In this document: piece by piece, positions 9,699-19,539 of the stretch
Layout of the letters: every line of letters begins with the position of its first letter
How positions within the stretch are numbered: the first letter of the stretch is position 1
NCBI GenBank assembly: GCA_044376115.1
Contig: JBILLK010000014.1
Span: forward strand, 1 to 64,000
Source of the DNA: Polyangiaceae bacterium
GTDB taxonomy: Bacteria > Myxococcota_A > Polyangia > Polyangiales > Polyangiaceae
Reading direction: 5' to 3'
DNA length: 64,000 bases
Notes under the pieces: generated by a model
Databases searched by the model: none
What the model saw: the letters and a program-made list of their open reading frames with translations, nothing else
Told to the model about the DNA's origin: nothing
Program-made: the position numbers and the translations under genes

Positions 9699-10217
9699 AT
9701 GGCAAACCCCACTGCGTTGTGTGAGACCTCGCTCGGCTCGTTTCGCGTCGAGCTCTTCGTCGACAAGATGCCGATCACGGCGTCCAACTTCGTCAAGCTC
9801 GCAAAGAGCGGCTTTTACGATGGGCTGCATTTCCATCGCATCATCAAGAACTTCATGATCCAGTTCGGCTGCCCGAACTCGAAGGATCCCAACAGCCGTC
9901 TCGCAGGCACCGGTGACGGTCCCGACGGCACCATCCAGGACGAGCACCCGGAGAACGCCAAGCTCTCCAACGAGCCGATGACGCTGTCGATGGCGAACAC
10001 CGGCCGGCCCAACAGCGGCAGCTGCCAGTTCTTCATCAACACCGTGCACAACAGCTACCTGGACTGGTTCACGCCCGGCCAGTCAAAGCACCCGGTGTTC
10101 GGCAAAGTGATCGAGGGGCAAGACGTTGTGACCAAGCTCGGCAACGCCCCCACTGTCCCCGGTGACCGGCCGAACCCGCCGATCCAGATGATCCGCGTAA
10201 CCGTTCAAGAAGGCTGA
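9699..10217 (+). CDS. ppiA: Cyclophilin-type peptidyl-prolyl cis-trans isomerase
   Basis: [31 protein letters not shown] and HPVFGKV. Confidence 0.9.
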   Translation: MANPTALCETSLGSFRVELFVDKMPITASNFVKLAKSGFYDGLHFHRIIKNFMIQFGCPNSKDPNSRLAGTGDGPDGTIQDEHPENAKLSNEPMTLSMANTGRPNSGSCQFFINTVHNSYLDWFTPGQSKHPVFGKVIEGQDVVTKLGNAPTVPGDRPNPPIQMIRVTVQEG

Positions 10218-10226
10218 AGAGCCCCG

Positions 10227-11003
10227 TTACTTACCCACGGCGAGCTCATCATCGTCCCCACTTTCGGACGAGGTGAGTTCGCCGTCTTTGTCTTTGTCTT
10301 CGAACAACCGAGAAGCCTCACGCAGCGCCTTCTCGAAGGCTTGCAGCTCTGGGGTGTTGTTCTCCGGATCGACGATCAGCGTGGCCCCGGAAAGCGTATC
10401 GAGCTCGAGCGCGGCAATAAGCGCCCCTAGCTCGATGCCAACGAAGAACGGCCGGCCGTCCACCACCTCGAACGAGTCTTCCTTGGCGTCCAAGCGAAAC
10501 TCGAAGCTCTGCTTCGAGGTGACGGTGAAGGGCACGCCGTCGGCGCGCGTACCGCGCATGAACACGGTGGCGCCGGCGAGCTCGGCGGGTGCGCCCGCGG
10601 GCACCTCATCCTTTTCGAGCTCGTGCAGATCGAGGCGCACGCGGCAATAAGCGCCCGGGTCGAGCATGCCGCTCGGTAGGCCGCCAACGATGCCGCCCTC
10701 GATCACCTCAGCGATGAACGGCCCTTGCGCTACAGGCTCTTCCCCGTTCTCGTCGTCGGAGTCGCTGCAATTAGCGCCCTTTCGAACCTGAAACTGCTCC
10801 ACCGCGATCCACAGCTCGTCGACCACGTCCCCCGAGCCCAGCGTCAGGCTCTTCGTCGCGGGCTCTTTTCGCTCGTAGCCGCGCACATCGAAGGTGACGT
10901 TCGCGCCGTTGCCGACGTCCGTGCCACCACGGGGACCACACGAGCCAAGCGCAAGGAGCAAAGGAGCAAGCAGATAAGACCAGCGAAGAGTCACGCCGGT
11001 CAT
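10227..11003 (-). CDS. Hypothetical acidic lipoprotein
   Basis: Lipobox LGSC followed by GGTDVGNG. EF-hand-like FEDKDKDGEL near the C-terminus. Confidence 0.7.
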   Translation of the reverse strand: MTGVTLRWSYLLAPLLLALGSCGPRGGTDVGNGANVTFDVRGYERKEPATKSLTLGSGDVVDELWIAVEQFQVRKGANCSDSDDENGEEPVAQGPFIAEVIEGGIVGGLPSGMLDPGAYCRVRLDLHELEKDEVPAGAPAELAGATVFMRGTRADGVPFTVTSKQSFEFRLDAKEDSFEVVDGRPFFVGIELGALIAALELDTLSGATLIVDPENNTPELQAFEKALREASRLFEDKDKDGELTSSESGDDDELAVGK

Positions 11004-11120
11004 CGTACCAGAGCAGCAGGCGGGCGTGAGGTCCTCCCGAGCGCGTCCGTATTCCTCGGGAATACAGAAGGTCCAGGCATCGGCTTCCAGCGAGGTTCGT
11101 CTGCGGTAGCCTCAGGCTGC

Positions 11121-12035
11121 ATGTCGAGCCTGCCCAGCGTATTTGAGTACGTCGACTATCGCGCCTTCATGCGGGATCACTACGCGGCCTGCAAAGCCAC
11201 GCTGCCGCACTACAGCTTCCGCTACCTCGCGCGCAAAGCGGGCTTCACCTCGTCGAACTTCATCAAGCTGGTGATGGACGGTCAGCGCAACCTCGGTCCG
11301 CAGGCGATCGAGAAGGTGGCCAAGGCGCTCAAGCTCAGCGCCGAGGGCGCCGTGTTCTTCGAGACGCTGGTGCAGTTGAACCAAGCGCCGACGGTCGCCG
11401 AGCGCAACCGCGCCTTCGAACGCGTGGCCGCCAACCGCCGGTTTCGCGCGGCAAAAAAGCTGGATGGGCCGCTCTTCGACTATCTGGCCCATTGGTACTA
11501 CCCGGCCATTCGCGAGCTCGCCGCGCGCCCCGACTTCGAAGAAGACCCGCAATGGATCGCGAAGGCCATCACGCCCGAGATCGAGCCGCGCCAAGCCAAG
11601 AGCGCGCTCAAGAGCCTCGAGAACCTGGGTCTACTCGTGCGCTCGAGTGAAGGGCGCTTGGTGCGCGGAGAGGCCAGCTTGACCACCGGCCACGAGGTGC
11701 GCGCCGTGGTGATCCCGGCCTACCACCTGCAGATGATCGAGCGCGCCGGCAGCTCGGTGACCACCATCCCGCCCGAAGAGCGCGACGTCAGCGCGCTCAC
11801 CGTCTGCATCCGCGAGGCCAGTTTGGCCGACGTGAAGGCGCGCATTCGGCGCTTCCGCGAGGAGCTGATGGAACGCTGCGACAGCGAAACCGAGCCCGAG
11901 CGCGTGTATCAGCTGTGCATCCAGTTCTTCCCGTTGTCGGTGAAGAAAGCGAAGCCCGCAGCGCCGGTCGTAGCCGCCCCCAAGCCGAAGGCCGTGAGCA
12001 AGCTGAGCTCCGCTACCTCACGACGTGACGGCTAG
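11121..12035 (+). CDS. TIGR02147 family (DUF4423) protein, putative DNA-binding regulator
   Basis: VFEYVDYRAFM, YSFRYLARKAGF...GQRNL, WYYPAIREL, ERDVSALT and VYQLCIQFFPL. Start placed at ATG 11121. Confidence 0.85.
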   Translation: MSSLPSVFEYVDYRAFMRDHYAACKATLPHYSFRYLARKAGFTSSNFIKLVMDGQRNLGPQAIEKVAKALKLSAEGAVFFETLVQLNQAPTVAERNRAFERVAANRRFRAAKKLDGPLFDYLAHWYYPAIRELAARPDFEEDPQWIAKAITPEIEPRQAKSALKSLENLGLLVRSSEGRLVRGEASLTTGHEVRAVVIPAYHLQMIERAGSSVTTIPPEERDVSALTVCIREASLADVKARIRRFREELMERCDSETEPERVYQLCIQFFPLSVKKAKPAAPVVAAPKPKAVSKLSSATSRRDG

Positions 12036-14567
12036 CAGGTTCAAGAAACGGGCTGGAGCATGTTCGAGCTCCGGATCGAGCGAGACAGTCGCCTCGATCC
12101 GCCAATCGTTTTCGCGTTCCGGGTCGACGAGCGTCTGCCAAGCGTCCCACGAACAATCCCCGGCCGTTCTCAAGGTGGTGAACTCGGCCTTGCGCGCCTC
12201 ATGGTGACAGAGGATCGCCTTGCGCTCCTCGAAGTAAGGAGCGAGCGCCGCCTCGAGCTTCTCCGGCGGCCACTCGGCGGCGTTCGCGAGCAGCGCCGAT
12301 GCGCCGAGCCAATCGCGATCCGAGAGGCACTTGAGCAGGCGGTGAAGCTCGCTGCGCACCGTGACAAGCAGCCGTTTCGCATCGCGCGCCAGCGGGATGA
12401 ACTCGGCCTGCGCGATCTCTTTTCGGGGACCGCCGTCGTTGAGCCGCGCGTCCCATTCGTCGAGCAGGCTCGAGTCGATGATGCGCAGCTCGCTGCGTAG
12501 AAAGTGGATCGCGTCGTCGAGCGCGTCGTTCTTGAGCGCCTCCGGCACCGACTGCTCGAGCGTGCGCAGAGCGTCGGTGATGTAACGCAAGAGCAAGCCC
12601 TCGGAGCGGGCCAGATCGAGATCGCGCACGTACTGGTTGAAGCCGAGGAACTGCTGGAACATCGCGCGCACGATCGACTTCGGGCGGATGTTCTCCGAGC
12701 TGACCCACGGGTGGTGTTTGCTGAACTCGTTGAAGGTGGCGTAGATCACTTCGGCCAGCGGCTTTTCGTATTCGACCTTCTCGAGCTCGGCCATGCGCTC
12801 TTCGTATTCGACGCCAGCGGCCTTGAGCTCGTTCAGCTTCTCGCCTTTGAGCTTGTCCACCTGCCGTTCGAGGATCGCCTTGGGGTTCTCCAAGATCGCC
12901 TCCACCGCCGAGAGCACGTCGAGCGCATAGCTCTCCTCATCGACGCGCCCTTCGTGCAGCACCGGGATGAACTCGATGAGCCACAACGCGAGCGCGTTGT
13001 GCATCGAGAAATCACGCTGTAGCGAGTCGGAGACCCGCGCTAGTTTGCCGCGTTTTCCCGAGGGTCGCGGCACCAGCTCGACGATGCCAGCGCGTCGTAA
13101 GGAGCGGAACAGCTGCGGCGCGAGCTTGCGCTCCTTCTTCTTGTCGAACTCGCGCAGATGCGACTTCTCGATCAGCTCGAGCAACGCACCGTAGCCGCCG
13201 CGCTTGCGCGGCTCGGAGCTGTCGAGCAGGTCCACCAGCATGCCGTGACTGATGTTGAAGCGCGGCACCAGCGGCTCGGGCTTGGCCAGCAGCAGCTTGT
13301 CGTAGGTCGCTCGGTCCCAATGCACATAGCCCTTCACCGGGGGTTTGGCGCGTTGCAGGTTCTTGTACTTCTTCGGATCGGAGTCCTTCTTGCGGTCGAT
13401 CTTCAGGTTCTCGATCGCGTGCTCCGGCGCCTGCACCACCACCGTGCCGAAGTTGTCGAAGCCTTTGCGCCCAGCTCGACCAGCGATTTGGTGGAACTCG
13501 CGCGCGGTGAGGATGCCCACCTTCTCCCCGTCGAACTTGCACAGCTTGGTGAACAGCACCGTTCGAATCGGGATGTTGACGCCGACGCCGAGCGTATCGG
13601 TGCCGCAGATCACCTTGAGCAGGCCCTTTTGCGCCAGCCGCTCGCTGAGCAAGCGGTACTTGGGCAAGAGGCCGGCGTGGTGCAGCCCGATGCCCTGTTT
13701 GACGAAGCGCAGCACGTCCTTGCCGTACGGCGTATCGAAGTGGGTCTCGGCGATCTCCTCGAGGATGAGCTTCTTCTCCTCCTTGGTGGTGAAGTTCTCA
13801 CTCATCAGGTTTTGCGCCTGTTCGGCGCTGTTTCGCTGCGTGAAGCAGACGACGTAGACCGGGGATTTTCCGGTCTGAACGAGGTTGCGCAGGGCGTCGA
13901 GCAGCGGCTCTTCGCTGTAGTTGAAGTCGAGCGGGACGGGACGGTGCGTGCTCTCGACCAGCACCGCAGGCCGCTTCGTCAGCTCGGTCAGCCGGCCCAA
14001 GAACGGCGTCACGTCCCCGAGCGTCGCGCTCATCAGCAAGAAGTGCGTCCGCGCCAACACGAGCAGCGGAATCTGCCAGGCCGACCCTCGTTCGCGGTCC
14101 CCGTAATAGTGGAACTCATCCATGATCAGCGCGTCGATCGACGAGCCAATCCCCTCTCGGAGCGTCATGCTCGAGGCGATCTCGGCGGTGCAGCAGATGA
14201 TCGGCGCGGTCGGGTTGATGGTGGCATCGCCTGTCATCATGCCCACCATGGCTGGCCCGAACGCCTCTCCTAGCTGAAAGAACTTCTCGTTCACCAGCGC
14301 CTTGATCGGGCAGGTGTAAAAGGCCCGGCCGCCGTGGGCCAGCGCTCGAAAGATCATGGCAAACGCCACCAGCGACTTCCCGCTACCGGTCGGCGTCGCG
14401 AGAATCACGTGTTTTCCCGCAAAGAGTTCGAGCACCGCCTCTTCTTGAGCTGGGTACAAATCCAGCTTTAGCGCAGCCACATACTCGAGAAATCCCTCAA
14501 GAAGCTCGTCGGCGGACCCCGAACGAAGTTGTTGAAGCTGCCCTGCCAACGGGTACGCTTTGCTCAT
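12018..14567 (-). CDS. Ski2-like DEAD/DEAH helicase with DUF3516
   Basis: TPTGSGKS, PIKALVNEK, DEFH, MSAT, HHAGLLPKYR and QIAGRAGRKG. C-terminal WQTLVDPERENDW. Confidence 0.9.
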   Translation of the reverse strand: MSKAYPLAGQLQQLRSGSADELLEGFLEYVAALKLDLYPAQEEAVLELFAGKHVILATPTGSGKSLVAFAMIFRALAHGGRAFYTCPIKALVNEKFFQLGEAFGPAMVGMMTGDATINPTAPIICCTAEIASSMTLREGIGSSIDALIMDEFHYYGDRERGSAWQIPLLVLARTHFLLMSATLGDVTPFLGRLTELTKRPAVLVESTHRPVPLDFNYSEEPLLDALRNLVQTGKSPVYVVCFTQRNSAEQAQNLMSENFTTKEEKKLILEEIAETHFDTPYGKDVLRFVKQGIGLHHAGLLPKYRLLSERLAQKGLLKVICGTDTLGVGVNIPIRTVLFTKLCKFDGEKVGILTAREFHQIAGRAGRKGFDNFGTVVVQAPEHAIENLKIDRKKDSDPKKYKNLQRAKPPVKGYVHWDRATYDKLLLAKPEPLVPRFNISHGMLVDLLDSSEPRKRGGYGALLELIEKSHLREFDKKKERKLAPQLFRSLRRAGIVELVPRPSGKRGKLARVSDSLQRDFSMHNALALWLIEFIPVLHEGRVDEESYALDVLSAVEAILENPKAILERQVDKLKGEKLNELKAAGVEYEERMAELEKVEYEKPLAEVIYATFNEFSKHHPWVSSENIRPKSIVRAMFQQFLGFNQYVRDLDLARSEGLLLRYITDALRTLEQSVPEALKNDALDDAIHFLRSELRIIDSSLLDEWDARLNDGGPRKEIAQAEFIPLARDAKRLLVTVRSELHRLLKCLSDRDWLGASALLANAAEWPPEKLEAALAPYFEERKAILCHHEARKAEFTTLRTAGDCSWDAWQTLVDPERENDWRIEATVSLDPELEHAPARFLNLLAVTS

Positions 14568-14627
14568 CTCCCTGCAAGCTGTCACACCCTTGCGTGAATC
14601 GTGAAGTCCTGAAAGCCTAGGTCGAGC

Positions 14628-15287
14628 ATGCCTTGTCGTCCCTCCGTGTGGGCCGGTCCCCTTTTCTCCCTTGTTTTGGCCATCTCTGGCTGTGGAAGCA
14701 CTCAGGAGCCCGATCCCGAAATTCCGACGGCTGAACCCGAGCCTTCGGTTTCGGCCAAACCCAAGCGCAAAAAACCCAAGTGCGAGGCGCTCAGTGAGAA
14801 CTGCCTCGCCACCGCTGATACCCAGGCCAAGGTGCCCGGCTCAGAGGCCGTGATGATCCCGCCTGTGGGTTGGGGTTACGCCCAGCAGTCGGACTACACC
14901 ATCTCCAAGATCGAGGGCTCAGCGGCAGCCATCGTCTTGGCTGGGTTTGACGCGACCGGCGCCGAGGAACCCAAAGCGCGTGAGGCGACCTACACCAAGC
15001 TGGTTACGGCGCTCGAGATCACGCTGCCCGAGAAGTTCAAAAAGAAGTTCATGCCCAAGTGGGAAAAGCCCGATGACGTTCGCAAGAACGGCAACATGGA
15101 GCTGAAGTTGTGGCAGGCCGAGGCCGCCAAACGCGAAGGCAAGACGGGCTACCTGCTGGTGCTGATGACGGTTGATCCGGCTGGTAAGAAGATCGTCGGA
15201 GTGGCCTTCTCCCCCGAAGGTGATGAAGATTCGATCAAGAAGATCTCCGCCGCGCTCGAGACCATCGGGCCGGGGAGCTACCAGTGA
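14628..15287 (+). CDS. Hypothetical lipoprotein
   Basis: Lipobox ISGC. Overlaps the next gene by 4 nt. Confidence 0.7.
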   Translation: MPCRPSVWAGPLFSLVLAISGCGSTQEPDPEIPTAEPEPSVSAKPKRKKPKCEALSENCLATADTQAKVPGSEAVMIPPVGWGYAQQSDYTISKIEGSAAAIVLAGFDATGAEEPKAREATYTKLVTALEITLPEKFKKKFMPKWEKPDDVRKNGNMELKLWQAEAAKREGKTGYLLVLMTVDPAGKKIVGVAFSPEGDEDSIKKISAALETIGPGSYQ

Positions 15288-17140
15288 GCGCACCCAAACT
15301 CACGGCCGGCGGCATGATCGTCCCCACCAACGGGGGCGGGAACCGCTACATCGTGCGCTCAATCTTGGGCAACGGCGGCGCCGTGGTTACCTATCACTGC
15401 GCCTCGGCCAACGGCAAAGAGGTCGCGGTCAAGCTCTATGACCCTGCGGTTGCAGCGCACGCCACGGTGATGAAGTCGCTGGAGCAGGCGTACGCGGCGA
15501 CCAACAACTCGCCGCTCAATTCGGCTGCCCCCATCATTGACGCTGGCTTCGACGAAGCCACCGTCGCGCCCTTCTCGGTGACCGAGCTGATTCATCTTCC
15601 GTCGCTCGCCGCTCAGCAACGTCGCTTCGGTGTTGAAGAGGTCGTCAGCCTGCTGAAGGGCTTGGCGCGCTCGCTGGATCTGGCGCACGTCCGCCCCGTC
15701 GTTCATGGGGCGATCAAGCCCACCAACGTCTTTGCTGGTGCCGCGTGCAACCCGGTGATCGTTACCGACTTCGCGGCCAACCTGCCGAAGGCCGCTGTCC
15801 CCACGCAAGAAGGCTTCCTCGTCAGCGCCCCGTGGATCGCGCCGGAACAGGCTCAAAGCGGCTCGGTTACGCCCGCCGCCGACGTCTTCAGCGTCGGCCT
15901 GCTCGTGTTCTATGCCTTGACCGGCCGCACCTATTGGCGCTCCACCCAGGGGCAGACCTTCGACTTGAACGGTTGGCAGCAAGAGCTCGTATCGCCGAGA
16001 ACGCCTGCCTCCGCGCGCGCCGCAGAGCTCGGGGTTCCGCTCAGCCCCAGCTTGGACATGGTGATCTGGAAGGCGCTCTCGAATGATCCGAACGAGCGCT
16101 TCCGCAGCATCGGTGAATTCGCCAGCGTCCTCGAGGACTCGCTGCGCCAATCCGCGGGCACCGCTGCGACCATGGCGCTTCCGATCATCGGAGATCAACC
16201 GCCCTCCCCGCTCCCGGCGGACATGCGCAACCCCGAGGCTCCGCGGCCGAACTCCGGGCCGATGATGCAGCAGCATCAGCAACACCAACAGCAAAGCTCG
16301 CCGCCGACCATGGCGCTCACGCCGGACCAACTGATGCCGCCGGGCCAGCAGCAAGGCGGCCAGTACGCGCAACAGGGTTACGGCAACCCACAATACGCCG
16401 GGCAACCTCAGGGCCAGCAACAATACGGTGGGCAACCGCAGGGCCAGCAAGGCATGACGCAGCTAGGGATGCAGCAACCCCCCGGCATGAACATCCCGCA
16501 GCCTTCACCCTCGCAAGCCGGTGCCTACGCATACTCACAAACGCAGGGGCGTGATCCCGGCTATCCGCCGCCGCCGTTGCCGAACCCCAACCCCACGCCG
16601 AAGTCGAAGCTCATCCCGGTGGTGATCGGCTTCACAGCGATCGCGCTGCTCGGTCTCGTGGGAACGGTCATCTTCCTCAAGCTCCGTTCCGAAAAGGCGT
16701 TGGATGAGACGCCGGTCGCTGTGACCAACACCGCCACGGCAGCGCCAGCAACGTCGCAACCCGCCAAACCACCCGAGACGGCGACGGCCACAACACCGAC
16801 AGCCTCCGCCAGTGCCCCTCCCGTCACCGTGGACGTCACCATCAAGTGCAAGCCCGGCTGCGATGAGGTGAAGGTCGACAACGAGGTGGTCGACGCGCAG
16901 AAGCCCCTCAAGTTGGCGCCCGGTACGCACAATCTCGAGCTCAAGAAGGCGGGCTTCCTCACCGCCAGCGAGAAGATCGAAGTGAAGGCTGGCACGCCGC
17001 TGCAGCAGACCTTCACCCTCACCCCGGAGAAGGTAGAACGCCCGTCGACGGGGACCCCAACAACGCCGACCACAACCAGCAAGCCCTCAACGGGTGGTGG
17101 AAAGCCACCTTGCAAAAAGGGCTTCATCACGAAGTGCTAA
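15284..17140 (+). CDS. Membrane Ser/Thr kinase-like protein (probable pseudokinase) with Q/P-rich linker, TM helix and PEGA-like domain
   Basis: GNGG loop, VAVK, HGAIKPTN (no catalytic Asp), TDF, WIAPEQ and ADVFSVG. Confidence 0.85.
   Translation: MSAPKLTAGGMIVPTNGGGNRYIVRSILGNGGAVVTYHCASANGKEVAVKLYDPAVAAHATVMKSLEQAYAATNNSPLNSAAPIIDAGFDEATVAPFSVTELIHLPSLAAQQRRFGVEEVVSLLKGLARSLDLAHVRPVVHGAIKPTNVFAGAACNPVIVTDFAANLPKAAVPTQEGFLVSAPWIAPEQAQSGSVTPAADVFSVGLLVFYALTGRTYWRSTQGQTFDLNGWQQELVSPRTPASARAAELGVPLSPSLDMVIWKALSNDPNERFRSIGEFASVLEDSLRQSAGTAATMALPIIGDQPPSPLPADMRNPEAPRPNSGPMMQQHQQHQQQSSPPTMALTPDQLMPPGQQQGGQYAQQGYGNPQYAGQPQGQQQYGGQPQGQQGMTQLGMQQPPGMNIPQPSPSQAGAYAYSQTQGRDPGYPPPPLPNPNPTPKSKLIPVVIGFTAIALLGLVGTVIFLKLRSEKALDETPVAVTNTATAAPATSQPAKPPETATATTPTASASAPPVTVDVTIKCKPGCDEVKVDNEVVDAQKPLKLAPGTHNLELKKAGFLTASEKIEVKAGTPLQQTFTLTPEKVERPSTGTPTTPTTTSKPSTGGGKPPCKKGFITKC
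16391..16450 (+). repeat. 30-bp tandem duplication encoding QY(A/G)GQPQGQQ twice
   Basis: caatacgccgggcaacctcagggccagcaa followed by caatacggtgggcaaccgcagggccagcaa. Confidence 0.85.
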
Positions 17141-18298
17141 GTGCTGGTTAAGCGAGCGACCCGGCTCGGCCTTTGGGGGCCGAGCTGGTTAGGATTGGCG
17201 CTGGCTTCGGCCTGCGGCGAGGAAAGTGGAGCAGCGAGTTCGGCGAGCGCCGCGGCAGTGACGAGCGCGGTGAGCAGCGCGCTCCCCAGCGCAAGCGCCG
17301 TCATCAGCAGCGGCAGCGCCAGCGCGAGCGCCGCTGTAACGCCGCCTCCACCGATGCAGCCTCTGCCCAAAGAGGAGCTCGTCGCCGAGGACCTCAAGAC
17401 CCAGCGAGAGGCCATGTTCGAGCGGCTGGCTGCGGTCTCCAAGCTCAGTGAAGCCGAGCTCGCCAAGGTGCGCGCGATCATCGAGAAGTCGAAGATCATC
17501 AGCCAGGGCAACCCGGAGATCAGCCGCTACGCGATGACGCGCAGCGAGTGTCGCAGCCGTCGCGACGCAGCCGGCCTCTTCGATGCGCCCGAGCCGAGCT
17601 GCGGCGCCTACGGCATGGTGCCGATCTGGAACACCAAGACGCAGACCAAAGAGCAGGCCACCGTTTGCGTCGACCGCTACGAGTTCCCCAACATCGCCTG
17701 TGACTACCCCCTCACCTGGGCCTCCGCGCGAGAGGCCGCGCAGCTGTGTGAGGCCGTTGGCAAACGCATCTGCGACGCCCACGAGTGGGAAGGCGCGTGC
17801 GCAGGTTCGCTGCTTCCGCCGGAGGAGGAGTACGCCTTCGGCAAGCCTCGCAAGGAAATGAAGTCACGGCACAACAGCAGCCGCGAACGGATCTGGTCCT
17901 ACGGCAGTGAGCGCAAGCTCGAGCTATGCGCGACCAACTCGAACAAGAGTCCGACCTGCAAGCCGAGCGGCTTCCGCAAATGTGGCTCCAATACGTACCC
18001 AGCCGGCGCCTTCCCTCAATGCAAGAGCAGCTTCGGCGTTTACGATCTCCACGGCAACGCGGCCGAGCACATGAACTTCCCGATGAAGCTTGAGCAGCTC
18101 GCGAGTCGCGGCGGCAGCGGCGAGACCGAGATGAAAGGCAGCTGGTTCATCTTCCAAAAGTACGACGCCCACGAGGATGACTGTCGCTTCCGTGCGCCCG
18201 ATTGGCACGCAACCAAGCTGATGTCGCACGACAGCCACCAGAACTACCACCTCGGTTTTCGCTGCTGCAAAAACATCAGCGCGACCCAAACGCAGTAG
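17141..18298 (+). CDS. FGE/SUMF1-family lipoprotein
   Basis: CVDRYEFPN, CEAVGKRIC...EWEGAC, FGVYDLHGNAAE and LGFRCC. Confidence 0.85.
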   Translation: MLVKRATRLGLWGPSWLGLALASACGEESGAASSASAAAVTSAVSSALPSASAVISSGSASASAAVTPPPPMQPLPKEELVAEDLKTQREAMFERLAAVSKLSEAELAKVRAIIEKSKIISQGNPEISRYAMTRSECRSRRDAAGLFDAPEPSCGAYGMVPIWNTKTQTKEQATVCVDRYEFPNIACDYPLTWASAREAAQLCEAVGKRICDAHEWEGACAGSLLPPEEEYAFGKPRKEMKSRHNSSRERIWSYGSERKLELCATNSNKSPTCKPSGFRKCGSNTYPAGAFPQCKSSFGVYDLHGNAAEHMNFPMKLEQLASRGGSGETEMKGSWFIFQKYDAHEDDCRFRAPDWHATKLMSHDSHQNYHLGFRCCKNISATQTQ

Positions 18299-18336
18299 GG
18301 CTTTGTAGCGCTCGCTGGGTCGTCTATCCGTTGTTG

Positions 18337-19539
18337 ATGGACTTCACCCCGTCGCCGCGCACGGCCGAGCTCGTACGCAAGCTCAATGACTTTCTCGAGA
18401 CGCACATTCTGCCGCTCGAACGGCGGATGTTGGAGGGGCGCTCCTTCACCTCACTCTTGCCCGAGCTCGAAGCGGGGCGTCAGCGAGTCAAGGAGCTCGG
18501 ACTTTGGGGACCGCAACTGCCGAAGGCGTGGGGCGGGATGGGCCTCAGCCTCACCGAGCACGCTGCGGTAAGTGAGGTCCTCGGCAGAAGTCCGCTAGGC
18601 CATTATCACTTTAATTGTCAGGCGCCCGACGCCGGTAACATGGAGATCCTGCTCTCCTTCGGCAGCGACGAGCAGAAGGAGACCTTCCTCCGCCCCTTGG
18701 CCGACGGCAAAATTCGCTCCTGCTTCTCAATGACCGAGCCGGACGCCGCGGGCTCCAACCCCACCTGGCTCGAAACGCAGGCGGTCCTCGACGGCGATGA
18801 ATGGGTCATCAACGGCCGCAAGTGGTTCACCACAGCCGCGGACGGTGCAGCCTTCGCTATCGTCATGGCCGTCACCAAGCCGGACGCCCCGCCGCATATG
18901 CGGGCCAGCCAAATCATCGTCCCCACCGACACCAAGGGCTTTCGCCTCGTGCGCAATCTGCCGGTGATGGGCGAAGCAGGAGACGGCTACGCAAGCCACG
19001 CCGAGGTCGAATACGTCGATTGCCGCGTGCCCAAAGCCAACTTGCTCGGGCCCGATGGCGCTGGCTTCTTCATTGCGCAAGAACGGCTCGGCCCCGGCCG
19101 CATCCACCACGCCATGCGCTGGATTGGTATCGCCGAACGGGCTTTTGAAATGATGTGTAAACGCGCAGCCGAACGCGACATCGCCCCGGGTAAGAAGCTC
19201 GCCCACAAGCAGATCGTGCAAAGCTGGATCGCCGAGAGCCGCGCCAAGATCGACGCAGCCCGGCTGTACGTGCAGCACACGGCCTGGCGTATCGAAAAGG
19301 AGGGCGCAGGTGAAGCGCGCGACGCGATCAGCGCGATCAAGTTCTACGTCGCTGACGTGCTCACCTTCGTGCTCGATCGGTCCATCCAAACGCACGGCGC
19401 GCTCGGCCTAGTGGACGACACCATCCTCGCCTACTTCTATCGCCATGAACGCGCGGCCCACATCTATGACGGCGCCGACGAGGTCCACAAGGTGAGCTTG
19501 GCCAAGCGCATCCTCAAGCGCTACGGAGCCCAGGTATGA
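18337..19539 (+). CDS. Acyl-CoA dehydrogenase (ACAD10/11, LvaC-like clade)
   Basis: NCQAPDAGNME, SCFSMTEP, INGRKWF, AQERLGPGRIHH and IYDGADEVH. Confidence 0.9.
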   Translation: MDFTPSPRTAELVRKLNDFLETHILPLERRMLEGRSFTSLLPELEAGRQRVKELGLWGPQLPKAWGGMGLSLTEHAAVSEVLGRSPLGHYHFNCQAPDAGNMEILLSFGSDEQKETFLRPLADGKIRSCFSMTEPDAAGSNPTWLETQAVLDGDEWVINGRKWFTTAADGAAFAIVMAVTKPDAPPHMRASQIIVPTDTKGFRLVRNLPVMGEAGDGYASHAEVEYVDCRVPKANLLGPDGAGFFIAQERLGPGRIHHAMRWIGIAERAFEMMCKRAAERDIAPGKKLAHKQIVQSWIAESRAKIDAARLYVQHTAWRIEKEGAGEARDAISAIKFYVADVLTFVLDRSIQTHGALGLVDDTILAYFYRHERAAHIYDGADEVHKVSLAKRILKRYGAQV

